Under the pieces are notes generated by a model, which saw only the letters and a list, made by a program, of their open reading frames with translations, was not told the DNA's origin and searched no databases. This document shows positions 29,485 to 37,775 of a DNA stretch of 64,000 bases, piece after piece (within the stretch, counting starts at the first letter, position 1; each line of letters opens with the position of its first letter). The position numbers were made by a program, and so were the translations under genes. The stretch is from a virus (lineage: Duplodnaviria; Caudoviricetes), in IMG/VR virus record IMGVR_UViG_3300048898_000066, positions 5,325-69,324 of that record. One strand, 5' to 3'.

Positions 29485-32399
29485 TACTCTTCCTCCTCTT
29501 CAGGTTGATCTTCTTTTGGTTCAATAGGCGTATCCAATCGCTTTATGTTTTTGACAATGAACATGTCAATGTCCTTAAGCTTCCAGCCTTTGATAAGGAA
29601 CCACGACCCCATCGGCGCTGTCTCTGCGATAGGCTTGCCCAAGGTTGGGAACTTGTCCGGACGAACACGGAATCGCATGGGAGAATCTGTCGAATCGTCC
29701 ACCATCATCAGGTCAACGAACTGGGTGAGGCCTTTCTTAATCTCGCCACCTCGCTTCTTGATCCTGATGGCCTCATTCTCGTCGGCCAAAACCTTTTTGA
29801 CCAACTTGCCGATTACAAGGCCGTCATCCTTGTCCTTGACCTCCTTCATCCCGACAATTCGATTGCCGGACGTTACACCAGCCAGTCGTGGGTCGTCATA
29901 GAAATGGCCCCACTTTGTGTGAGCTTCCGCCAAGTCGGAGTACTTCACTTCGGCATTCGCCAACGACGCTGCGGCCTTATCAAACTTCGCACGCAACTTC
30001 GGATCAGCATCACGATTGGCGCGCATCTCGATGAATTTCGCAGCTTTCACCGGGCCATAACCCTTTGCATTCATGATGCCACCGATCAGACGGCCATCGG
30101 CCACTTTCCAGTTCATATCGCTGAACTCAGGGTCAATCGGCGTATAGCCTACCCCTTCTTTTGCCATCTCGCGCAAGATTGCAATGACCTGTTCATCATC
30201 TTTCGCAGCACGAAGACAGGCCGCAGCAAAGTGGAGAGGATGGTAACGCTTCAGCCACAACGTCCAGTAAGTCACGACGGCATAGCTGACGGAGTGCGAC
30301 TTGTTGAAGCCCCACGAACCAAACGTGACCATTTCATTCCAAATCTTCTTGGCTTGATCTTCTGGCACGCCTTGTGACGTTGCACCTGCCACGAAGTCTG
30401 CGCCCATTTGGTTGAAGTACTCTTCGCCCTTACGACCCGACATGGCCTTACGAACTGCAGAAGTCTTCACCCAGTCAAACAGGCCAATTTCCTTGACCAC
30501 GGACATGATCTGTTCCTGATACAGGAAAACGCCGTAAGTGTTCCGTAGGTACTTCTCCAGCTGGGGCACGTCGTAGCTAACTGGCTCCGACCCCTTGGCG
30601 CGTGCGATGTACTTTTGGGCCATACCGGAAGCTAGTGGGCCAGGTCGCGCCAGCGCCGTTAGGTTGTCGATTTTACTGAACGAGTCAACGTGCACGGAGC
30701 GAGTAACAGATCGCACGGCATCACCTTCAAACTGGAAGATGCCAGATACTTTGTCTTGATTGAGGATGTCTAGCACAGACTGATCATCAAGCGCCAGAGA
30801 ATACAACTGGTCTGCAGTCACAACGCCGGAGTCCTCGATGATGCCAAGAGTGCGAAGACCAAGAGCGTCAATCTTGAGCAGATTCAGATATTCGCTGTCC
30901 GGCTTGTCAATTTGCGCCACGCCTTCTTCATTCACTGTGCAGTAGTCGGTCACTTCGTCATTACAGACGAGAATTCCCGCCGCGTGAACACCTGTGTGAC
31001 TCGGGTGAATCTCCAGGTCTGACATGCACGCTGCGGCATCCGGATATTTCTCACGAAAATCCTGTCCAGGTGCTGTCTGCTCAAACGTATCATTCAAGCC
31101 TTTGCCGTAACGCGCGTCACCGGACGAATATTCAATCAAAGCATTCTTGACACTGGAAGTTTCACCGAACGAAATGTTAAACTTCTTGCCGACTTGTGCC
31201 ATGACGGAGTTGGCCTTGAGCGTGTTGATATTCCCCAGCTTTGCGACGTTATCTGCGCCGTACTTCTCTTTCAGGTAGTCAAATACCATATAGCGCTTGG
31301 TATCTGCAAAGTCGATGTCGATGTCCGGCAAGTCGGCTCGGCTGATGTCGATGAATCGTTGGAACAGGAGGTCGTGTGGCAGAGGGTCCACCTCAGTTAT
31401 TTCAAGGAGGTAACATACCAGAGAACCAGCCGCAGAGCCTCGCGCAGGGCCCACAAGCATGTGGCGCTTAGCAAAGCGAACAAGGTCAGCCACAACAAGG
31501 AAATAACTATCAAACGACTTGTTTTGAATCTGGCGTACCTCTTCCAAGAGCCGTTCTTCGTATTCATTTGTCCACTCCTTGATATGGCCGCGTGCAAGTC
31601 GGCTGGCCTGCCCTTCGCGGCAGAGGGCTACCATGTCTCCTTCCAGGTGAATGATCGGAGCCTTCTTGAGCGAGATGCCCTGCAGCTGGCGCGCGAGAGC
31701 GTGGGTGTTATCCACGGCCTGATTGAACATTTTACGCGGCATCACCAGTCGCAGCTGTGACCAGATTTCTGCTTCAGAGGCAAGATGGCGAACGCCGACA
31801 GAGTCACGGACTTCCCAAGCATAAGCGAAGTCTTCATGCTTCTTGTCTGGAACGTCGTTGTAGTTGGTGATGACCATCGGCAGACCGTGTTTGATGGCAA
31901 ACTGGTAGTTCTCGTAAGCCAGCGTCAGCGAGGATGGATTGATGTCCACCAACAGATCGTCCATCTCTTGTCGCGATACATATTCCTCCATTCGGTGCGA
32001 TGCGCCGCCGACAAATTTCAGGCACCCTTCCAGAGACAGAAACTCCTCGGCAGTCAGGCCGCGATTACGTACAGATTTTGACGTGGCATGGTACATCTTG
32101 ACGGTATCCAGCCCGATAATCCATGCTTTTGGTTTGAACTTGGCATCTGGATGTGCCATCGATCCGGAATCGCCAAAAGTGTCATCGCTGAATAATATCG
32201 GAATCTCCATTCCAAACCCGGCTTGAATCTCTGCCTTCTTTGCGGCCTGTTCGAAACGCACGTGACCCCAAGTGGCAGAGTCAACGATGCACGCCGTAGT
32301 AGCGCCGATCTCTTTCAGGCGATCAAACACCTCAGGCATACGGCCATATCCTTCTCGGAACGAATACCCTGTGCGCACCCGCAGTTGTGGTAAAGTCAT
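29484..32399 (-). CDS. dnaE: DNA polymerase III alpha subunit (family C)
   Basis: 971 aa; GPARGSAAGSLV, RADLPDIDIDF, HAAG, KIDALGL, YQEQIM and WGFNKSH motifs; degenerate PHP N-terminus. Confidence 0.95.
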   Translation of the reverse strand: MTLPQLRVRTGYSFREGYGRMPEVFDRLKEIGATTACIVDSATWGHVRFEQAAKKAEIQAGFGMEIPILFSDDTFGDSGSMAHPDAKFKPKAWIIGLDTVKMYHATSKSVRNRGLTAEEFLSLEGCLKFVGGASHRMEEYVSRQEMDDLLVDINPSSLTLAYENYQFAIKHGLPMVITNYNDVPDKKHEDFAYAWEVRDSVGVRHLASEAEIWSQLRLVMPRKMFNQAVDNTHALARQLQGISLKKAPIIHLEGDMVALCREGQASRLARGHIKEWTNEYEERLLEEVRQIQNKSFDSYFLVVADLVRFAKRHMLVGPARGSAAGSLVCYLLEITEVDPLPHDLLFQRFIDISRADLPDIDIDFADTKRYMVFDYLKEKYGADNVAKLGNINTLKANSVMAQVGKKFNISFGETSSVKNALIEYSSGDARYGKGLNDTFEQTAPGQDFREKYPDAAACMSDLEIHPSHTGVHAAGILVCNDEVTDYCTVNEEGVAQIDKPDSEYLNLLKIDALGLRTLGIIEDSGVVTADQLYSLALDDQSVLDILNQDKVSGIFQFEGDAVRSVTRSVHVDSFSKIDNLTALARPGPLASGMAQKYIARAKGSEPVSYDVPQLEKYLRNTYGVFLYQEQIMSVVKEIGLFDWVKTSAVRKAMSGRKGEEYFNQMGADFVAGATSQGVPEDQAKKIWNEMVTFGSWGFNKSHSVSYAVVTYWTLWLKRYHPLHFAAACLRAAKDDEQVIAILREMAKEGVGYTPIDPEFSDMNWKVADGRLIGGIMNAKGYGPVKAAKFIEMRANRDADPKLRAKFDKAAASLANAEVKYSDLAEAHTKWGHFYDDPRLAGVTSGNRIVGMKEVKDKDDGLVIGKLVKKVLADENEAIRIKKRGGEIKKGLTQFVDLMMVDDSTDSPMRFRVRPDKFPTLGKPIAETAPMGSWFLIKGWKLKDIDMFIVKNIKRLDTPIEPKEDQPEEEEE

Positions 32400-32620
32400 T
32401 GCAACTCCATTTCATAAAGCTCCCAAGAACGTTCGTCAGCGTCAGAAGCAATGATCACTTTGCCATTCCCAGCTGCAAGACACTCGGCAGTTTCGACTTC
32501 CATGTTGGTTGACTCAATAAGAGTCTTGTAGCCAGGTTTTTTGGCAAAGACGCAAGCTACTTCACGGTCTATCCAATCACCCTCATCATCGCAACTTTGA
32601 AGAACCCATACAGTCTTCAT
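32396..32620 (-). CDS. Hypothetical protein
   Basis: 74 aa acidic; ggag SD; overlaps both neighbours. Confidence 0.6.
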   Translation of the reverse strand: MKTVWVLQSCDDEGDWIDREVACVFAKKPGYKTLIESTNMEVETAECLAAGNGKVIIASDADERSWELYEMELQ

Positions 32621-33168
32621 ACACACTCCTTTCCAATATTGTAAACACCCATCACCTTGGCCATTTCATGCATTAGTCGAACGTCGTCCAATGCCCTGTG
32701 TTTCTGGATGTAAGGCTGGCCGGTTATCCGCTCGTACAGTTCAATCAGTCGCATGCGGCGACCGAAGCGGTGAAATGTTTGCTCTACTGTACAGATTTGA
32801 ATCTCTGGAAAGTTGACGTCTTTCAGCGTCAGGCCGATACGCTCCAGATCCCACTGCAACATCGACTTATCGAATGACAGGCTGTGGGCGATACATGCTT
32901 GAGCGCGACCGAAGAAGTCTGCCAGTTGCGGCACGAATTCTTCAAATGGAGGTTTCGTCTCCAGATCGGCGTTTGTCAGACCTGTGATCTCTGTGATGAT
33001 TGGCTCGATTGCGACGCCTGGATTGCAGATGAATTCAAGCGTGTGAAGAACACCATCTCCGTCTGTGATCATGCCGCCGAATTCGATGATGCGAGGTTGT
33101 TTATTGCGCGAAACTAGGCGATGCGCAGGAAGCCCGGTAGTTTCGGTGTCGTATGGTGCAAATAACAT
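32617..33168 (-). CDS. DEDDh 3'-5' exonuclease (epsilon-like)
   Basis: DTETTG, AHSLSFD and HRALDD motifs. Confidence 0.9.
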   Translation of the reverse strand: MLFAPYDTETTGLPAHRLVSRNKQPRIIEFGGMITDGDGVLHTLEFICNPGVAIEPIITEITGLTNADLETKPPFEEFVPQLADFFGRAQACIAHSLSFDKSMLQWDLERIGLTLKDVNFPEIQICTVEQTFHRFGRRMRLIELYERITGQPYIQKHRALDDVRLMHEMAKVMGVYNIGKECV

Positions 33169-33217
33169 TAAGCCACCTTTCTTGATTGCATTTCTATTCT
33201 TTGAATTCTATGTGACA

Positions 33218-33583
33218 AGGGCCGGAAAAACGTCAGGTTCATCCGGCCCTCGGGCTAGGTACGAACAACAGAATTGCCATATCCTGCTGCGGATGATGGT
33301 ACAGGCTGCTTGGAATCATCACTCTCCACTTTACCGCGTGCCTGCTTGCGTCTGATTCTATCTAGGCTTTCGAATCAGCAACTCTCTAATTCCCTGTCTG
33401 ACTAGTATGACTGGGTGCGCCCGCGAGTTTAATCGTTTGGTGTATCCAGCGTCACCTCCCGGCTGTCTGGATCGTTTAAGAGTGCACCGCGCTACACTCG
33501 CCTCACGCGGCCCGTCGAACTGTATCAGACGCCGTTGAAATTAAGGCGACAGTTCGACGGGCCAAGGCCGTAAAAGAACTATA
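33218..33583 (-). ncRNA. Candidate ~350-nt structured ncRNA
   Basis: 420-nt gap with no long ORF; TATAGT at the 5' side; 15-bp perfect stem 33509-33523/33549-33563; further stems ctgattc/gaatcag and agggccgga/tccggccct. Confidence 0.45.
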
Positions 33584-33588
33584 GCCGA

Positions 33589-34167
33589 TTACTTGCGCCC
33601 ACGAGTGGACTTGCGCTTAACACGGTCTGCCTTGATCTGTGCAGGGCGCGCTGGCGAGGCGTCAAACGGGGTGCCGTCCATGTTCAAGCGCACAATAAAC
33701 TTCAGGTCAACGCCGATAATGTCCACGGTATCAAAGATGACGTAGTTGTAACGGCGCTCGTCCTTGATGAAAGGATTTGTGTGCGCTTGCGTGATGACTT
33801 CTTGAGCAACAGAGATGCCTTCGCGGTTGAAGTATGCGCGGAAGTCGGCCAGTTCTTCAGCAGAGCAGTGCATGCCCAAGTGGGACACAGTATTCTCCGG
33901 ACGACGACGCAGCCAGTTGTTGCCATCGACGTATTTCAACACTTCCAGTTCCAGCGACTTGCCTGCTGGGTCGTTTCCATTCCCGGATTGATAGTTGAAC
34001 TGGAGGAGTGCGCTGTTGCAACCTTCGACGCCGAATACTTTGCCGCCAGCAACAACATTGTCCTTGAACCAGTCCGTCAGGCCCAGGTCGGACAGCAGCT
34101 TGATTGCGCGGTCGGTGTTCTTTGGTGCGATTGCGATTTGCTCGATGCGGAATTGCAGTTTATTCAT
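33589..34167 (-). CDS. VOC/glyoxalase-superfamily protein (epimerase-like)
   Basis: IEQIAIA, LELEVL, SHLGMH and DLKFI beta-strand pattern of paired VOC modules. Confidence 0.7.
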   Translation of the reverse strand: MNKLQFRIEQIAIAPKNTDRAIKLLSDLGLTDWFKDNVVAGGKVFGVEGCNSALLQFNYQSGNGNDPAGKSLELEVLKYVDGNNWLRRRPENTVSHLGMHCSAEELADFRAYFNREGISVAQEVITQAHTNPFIKDERRYNYVIFDTVDIIGVDLKFIVRLNMDGTPFDASPARPAQIKADRVKRKSTRGRK

Positions 34168-34183
34168 TATTTCTCCTTGTTGA

Positions 34184-34876
34184 TTATTTACCGAACGGGA
34201 TGTCGGTGCCAGACATGTATTTTACCGGGCCGTCGCCGTCTGGGCCGATCAGATGGCCGATGAACTCTGCCAGCGCGTATGGGTCGGATTCCAGGCCGTG
34301 CATCAGGGCCTTCTTCTGGTATTCGGCGGCGTACTCCGGAGTCCAGCCGCGAACTTTGCAGACATTCGCTTCGATTTGCTTGGACATCTGCGTGCCGGCC
34401 AGCTTGTTCGGAGAGATGGACAGGACGGTGATGCCGTGTTTGTTGGTCAGTTCGTGTGCCATCTGCTTGGTTGCCATCAGCGCAGCAGCCTTGCTCATGT
34501 TGTAGGCCAGGCTGGAAGTCATCGGAATCGTTGCGGCGTTGCTGACGATGTTGATGACTACACCGCGATTTCGCTTCAAAGCTGGCAAGCAGGCCTGAGT
34601 CATATAGACAGGGCCGAAAGCGTTCACCAGCATGACCTTGGACAGGGATTCGTGCGTAACTTCTTCAAACCACTCGTTGTGATTGATACCGGCACAGTTG
34701 ATCAGGACGTCAACGTCAACGTCTTTCAGCCATTCTGCCGGTTGCGATACATCGTTTCCGTTTTCGATATCGTATCCGAACACATTGTGACCAAGACCTT
34801 CGTTCAGAATGTCCGCGATCATTTCGCCAAGGCCGTTGCTGGAGCCGGTCACGATGATGTTAAGTTGCTTTCCCAT
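34184..34876 (-). CDS. Short-chain dehydrogenase/reductase (SDR)
   Basis: TGSSNGLG, LINCAG, VN..G, NIVS and Y.MSK catalytic motif. Confidence 0.9.
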   Translation of the reverse strand: MGKQLNIIVTGSSNGLGEMIADILNEGLGHNVFGYDIENGNDVSQPAEWLKDVDVDVLINCAGINHNEWFEEVTHESLSKVMLVNAFGPVYMTQACLPALKRNRGVVINIVSNAATIPMTSSLAYNMSKAAALMATKQMAHELTNKHGITVLSISPNKLAGTQMSKQIEANVCKVRGWTPEYAAEYQKKALMHGLESDPYALAEFIGHLIGPDGDGPVKYMSGTDIPFGK

Positions 34877-34908
34877 TTATTCCCTTTCAGTTATTGTTAC
34901 GTTTTTGA

Positions 34909-35886
34909 TTATACCGGCTCTTTATGGATTTGGATGTTGTGCTTTTCTGTCAATCGCTCAACGAATCCGCCGTAAATGGAGCCGTCGTGAATCGAGTCCT
35001 TGTGTTTCAATCCAGAGTTGACGAATCGTGTCAATTTGACGATGTTCAGTTCGAAGAGGTGCCACATCTCAAAGTCTGCCGCAGTCTTAAGCGTTACGCC
35101 GTTGGGGAACATCACCGCCAGCATATCTGCAACCTTAGATGCGTTATAACCGTAGTCTGCGGAACGGCTCCGGAGCGTAGCCGACATCTGATCGAAAATC
35201 CCGGCGATTTCCGCCAGTTCCGGCGAGGCAGAGGCCGTCGCTGCAGGCATTGAATCCTCCTTACTGTGTCCGTTTAGAGCCGGTTTAACAGGTCTTCCGA
35301 TGTCAGTCAACATCAGGTCGCCTTCGCGGAAAATTCGCGGTGATGCGCCGGAATGGTAGCAATAAACGCCAGATTTCACGTTGGAGCGATAGCAAGTCAA
35401 CCCTTTTGCTGCATAAGCACTCAGAACATCAATTCTGTCATCATATGCCGCGACCACTTCAACGTCATTCCCTTCACCAATCAACTTTTCAATGTAAGAA
35501 GACAGCAGATCAATCTTCAGATCCGGAGAAGTCTGAAAGTCGCCATTAGGTCGCATCCATGTCTCTGCGCGAATTGGCTCTTTCAAGTTCGCTACGCCTT
35601 CTTTCCCCAGCCACACCTCCGTCTGCTGGCGGTATTTAACCGGCCTGGCAGTCAGGAACAACACACGAAAGTCGCACCCGCGATAACGCGTAATAAGACC
35701 TTGCAACGCCAAAAAGCCCGATGGAATAGGAGGGTCGCTTGGCGCTAGTTCATTGTAGGCATCATACGCCTCGTGCGGCGTGTTGCCGTCCTTCTCTGGT
35801 AGCAGGTGCAAACGATGCCTATCATCCGACAGACAGCCATCAATATCGAATACGGCAAGTTTGATTAGGTTCTTTTTCTGTTCCAC
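34909..35886 (-). CDS. HAD phosphatase fused to all-alpha nucleotide-pyrophosphatase-like domain
   Basis: FDIDG, LTAR, MRP..D and YDDR motifs; C-terminal R..DYG / KLTR / DS.HD..IY; GTG start after the thyX stop. Confidence 0.75.
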   Translation of the reverse strand: MEQKKNLIKLAVFDIDGCLSDDRHRLHLLPEKDGNTPHEAYDAYNELAPSDPPIPSGFLALQGLITRYRGCDFRVLFLTARPVKYRQQTEVWLGKEGVANLKEPIRAETWMRPNGDFQTSPDLKIDLLSSYIEKLIGEGNDVEVVAAYDDRIDVLSAYAAKGLTCYRSNVKSGVYCYHSGASPRIFREGDLMLTDIGRPVKPALNGHSKEDSMPAATASASPELAEIAGIFDQMSATLRSRSADYGYNASKVADMLAVMFPNGVTLKTAADFEMWHLFELNIVKLTRFVNSGLKHKDSIHDGSIYGGFVERLTEKHNIQIHKEPV

Positions 35887-35887
35887 G

Positions 35888-36721
35888 TTACATACTCTTT
35901 CCGCCAGAGGCAACAGGGTTGGCTTGCGCAATCTCTTCACGCGACCAGAACTTCACGCGAACTTCCTTTTTGAGTTGCGCCAAGTCCATGCGCGGATCGT
36001 AGTGAGGGCATTGGAAGCCGATATTGGCAGCCGTCGAATTAAACATGGCATCGGCCATATTCTTGAACACCTTGCCATCAGAATCCTTCGGAGCGCCGCC
36101 CCAACGAGGAAACGCGCAGGTGCCTGTCGCAACGCAATGAACCTCCAGCAACGGCGCGGCCCATGGATAGATATCCAGAACCAGCTTGCGCATGGCACGG
36201 AACACTTCCTGGTATTCGCCCTGAGTACGTGCGCACAGGCGAAGCTTCGCCATATCAGACAGCGTGCGCAGGTTGAACTTCGCGTCGATGACGGTGGCCA
36301 TATTCGAAGGGATGACTGCCCGCGCATCCTGGAGTTGAGCGCCTGCTGCGATAAGCTTCTTGTAGTGGGCGTTTGCGTCCGCCACGCCGTCCTGGAACAG
36401 ATTGAACAGTTCACCGCCTTCTTCAAAGTTCTCTGGCGTTATTACTTCGCCGACCTCAAGAGCGCGGCTGGTTTCCTGCTGGTACGCACCGGTGCGCGTG
36501 CGAACGAATTGATGGGTGAAATTTTTGCTGACGCCTTCGATGTGAAAGATGAAGTCCACAAACTCAAACGGGGACTTGATCGTATCCAGCATATACTGGA
36601 AGTGATCATACAACTCTTCATTTGACATCTCTTCCGGCGACTTGCCGCGCATGCGCGTTGTCTTGGTTCCTACAAGCAACTCCAGCGCGTTCTGGGTGTA
36701 TGACTTAAGTACAACTTTCAT
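35888..36721 (-). CDS. thyX: ThyX-family flavoenzyme with non-canonical motifs
   Basis: SPFEF, HQFVRTR.....ETSR, AR.V.P and N.R......LR....Q.E motifs. Confidence 0.85.
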   Translation of the reverse strand: MKVVLKSYTQNALELLVGTKTTRMRGKSPEEMSNEELYDHFQYMLDTIKSPFEFVDFIFHIEGVSKNFTHQFVRTRTGAYQQETSRALEVGEVITPENFEEGGELFNLFQDGVADANAHYKKLIAAGAQLQDARAVIPSNMATVIDAKFNLRTLSDMAKLRLCARTQGEYQEVFRAMRKLVLDIYPWAAPLLEVHCVATGTCAFPRWGGAPKDSDGKVFKNMADAMFNSTAANIGFQCPHYDPRMDLAQLKKEVRVKFWSREEIAQANPVASGGKSM

Positions 36722-36972
36722 TTAACGTCCCTTTCGTGTCTATAGAACCATTCCGGTGAATCGTAGTTCACGCCTCTGCGAAAATGCTCTTCAAGTCGCA
36801 TGACGACACAGCCGATTTCGGTCGGGTTCAGCTTTGTCGATACACCCAGTATTTCGCACTCTCGTACTTCAATCTGGTGGATCCTTGATGGGTTGATGCC
36901 GTACTCATCGGCCAGTTCAATGACCGTCTTTCCGTGAGCCCGCTCAAGAAGTATCTTGGTGTTTCTTCTCAT
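36718..36972 (-). CDS. Small HTH DNA-binding protein (sigma70 region-4-like)
   Basis: GKTVIELADEYGINPSRIHQI helix-turn-helix pattern; own TATAAT and SD. Confidence 0.6.
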   Translation of the reverse strand: MRRNTKILLERAHGKTVIELADEYGINPSRIHQIEVRECEILGVSTKLNPTEIGCVVMRLEEHFRRGVNYDSPEWFYRHERDVK

Positions 36973-37035
36973 TCTATTCTTTCTAGTTGTTAGGCGAGAA
37001 GATTATAACTCAATACCTACTCGCCTAACTGTTCA

Positions 37036-37578
37036 TCAGAAGTTGCCAGGTGCCACTTGGAAGCAGTTCACGCCGTTCCTTCTCCACATCGCGACAACCT
37101 TATCACGGTCGTCGAACACCGCAACCAACCTGGCACGATCTTCCGGCGGCAGAAGGCCCAGCCAACGCATCTTCAATACGTCGTCATGTGTGAAGTCGTC
37201 GGCCTTGCGCATCTGCAGTTCGTAGTCAACGCCGATGTGATTATCCAGCCAGTCCAATGTCTTGCCTGCGACCTCGTCAGAACGGCCTGACCAGATACGA
37301 ATTTCGCAGCCTTGTGAACGTAACATCGTCAAAGTGCGAATGACAGGCCAGTTAGGTTCATCCTTGTCGCAAGCGGCATAGAAGGCTTTCCAGTCCGGTT
37401 TGAATTTCTGATCAAGACCGGTATAGCCACAGTCAAGACAGGCCGGGTCAGCGCTGCCGACATGTCCTTCACCGCCGCAAGTAGAGCAAGGCGGGCGCTC
37501 AACGAAGTGACGACGGTGGTCAATCAATGCAAGCGTGCCATCCAGATCAAAGATGTAAAGTGGACTCTTATTGGCCAT
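37036..37578 (-). CDS. HAD phosphatase (PNK 3'-phosphatase-like)
   Basis: FDLDGT, WSGR, MR...D...D..LK and FDDR..VV.MW...G..C.QV motifs; CxxC..CxxC insert. Confidence 0.85.
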   Translation of the reverse strand: MANKSPLYIFDLDGTLALIDHRRHFVERPPCSTCGGEGHVGSADPACLDCGYTGLDQKFKPDWKAFYAACDKDEPNWPVIRTLTMLRSQGCEIRIWSGRSDEVAGKTLDWLDNHIGVDYELQMRKADDFTHDDVLKMRWLGLLPPEDRARLVAVFDDRDKVVAMWRRNGVNCFQVAPGNF

Positions 37579-37762
37579 CGAATTCTCCGCTAAGAGTGGC
37601 CTTCAGAGCGTTGAAGGACTCAGCAATGAACACTTCTGCGCCGCCGAACAGAATCAACTTGCAACCGTTCTGCAGAGGCTTGATGCCCATAATTGCGTCT
37701 GGGCGGATGTGGATGGGTGCGCTGGCTTGGGCGCGTTCGGTCAACTCGATAAATTGTCGCAT
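37568..37762 (-). CDS. Hypothetical protein
   Basis: 64 aa; aggag SD. Confidence 0.6.
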   Translation of the reverse strand: MRQFIELTERAQASAPIHIRPDAIMGIKPLQNGCKLILFGGAEVFIAESFNALKATLSGEFDGQ

Positions 37763-37775
37763 TCACTTCTCCTTG

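Noticed and set aside
29484-32399. Intein or intron in the polymerase (also checked terL)
   Set aside because: Lengths are ordinary, frames uninterrupted, no splice or homing-endonuclease motifs recognised
33218-33583. Possible tRNA, tmRNA or group I intron
   Set aside because: No cloverleaf or CCA end, no tmRNA termini, no interrupted gene; kept only as an unclassified ncRNA candidate
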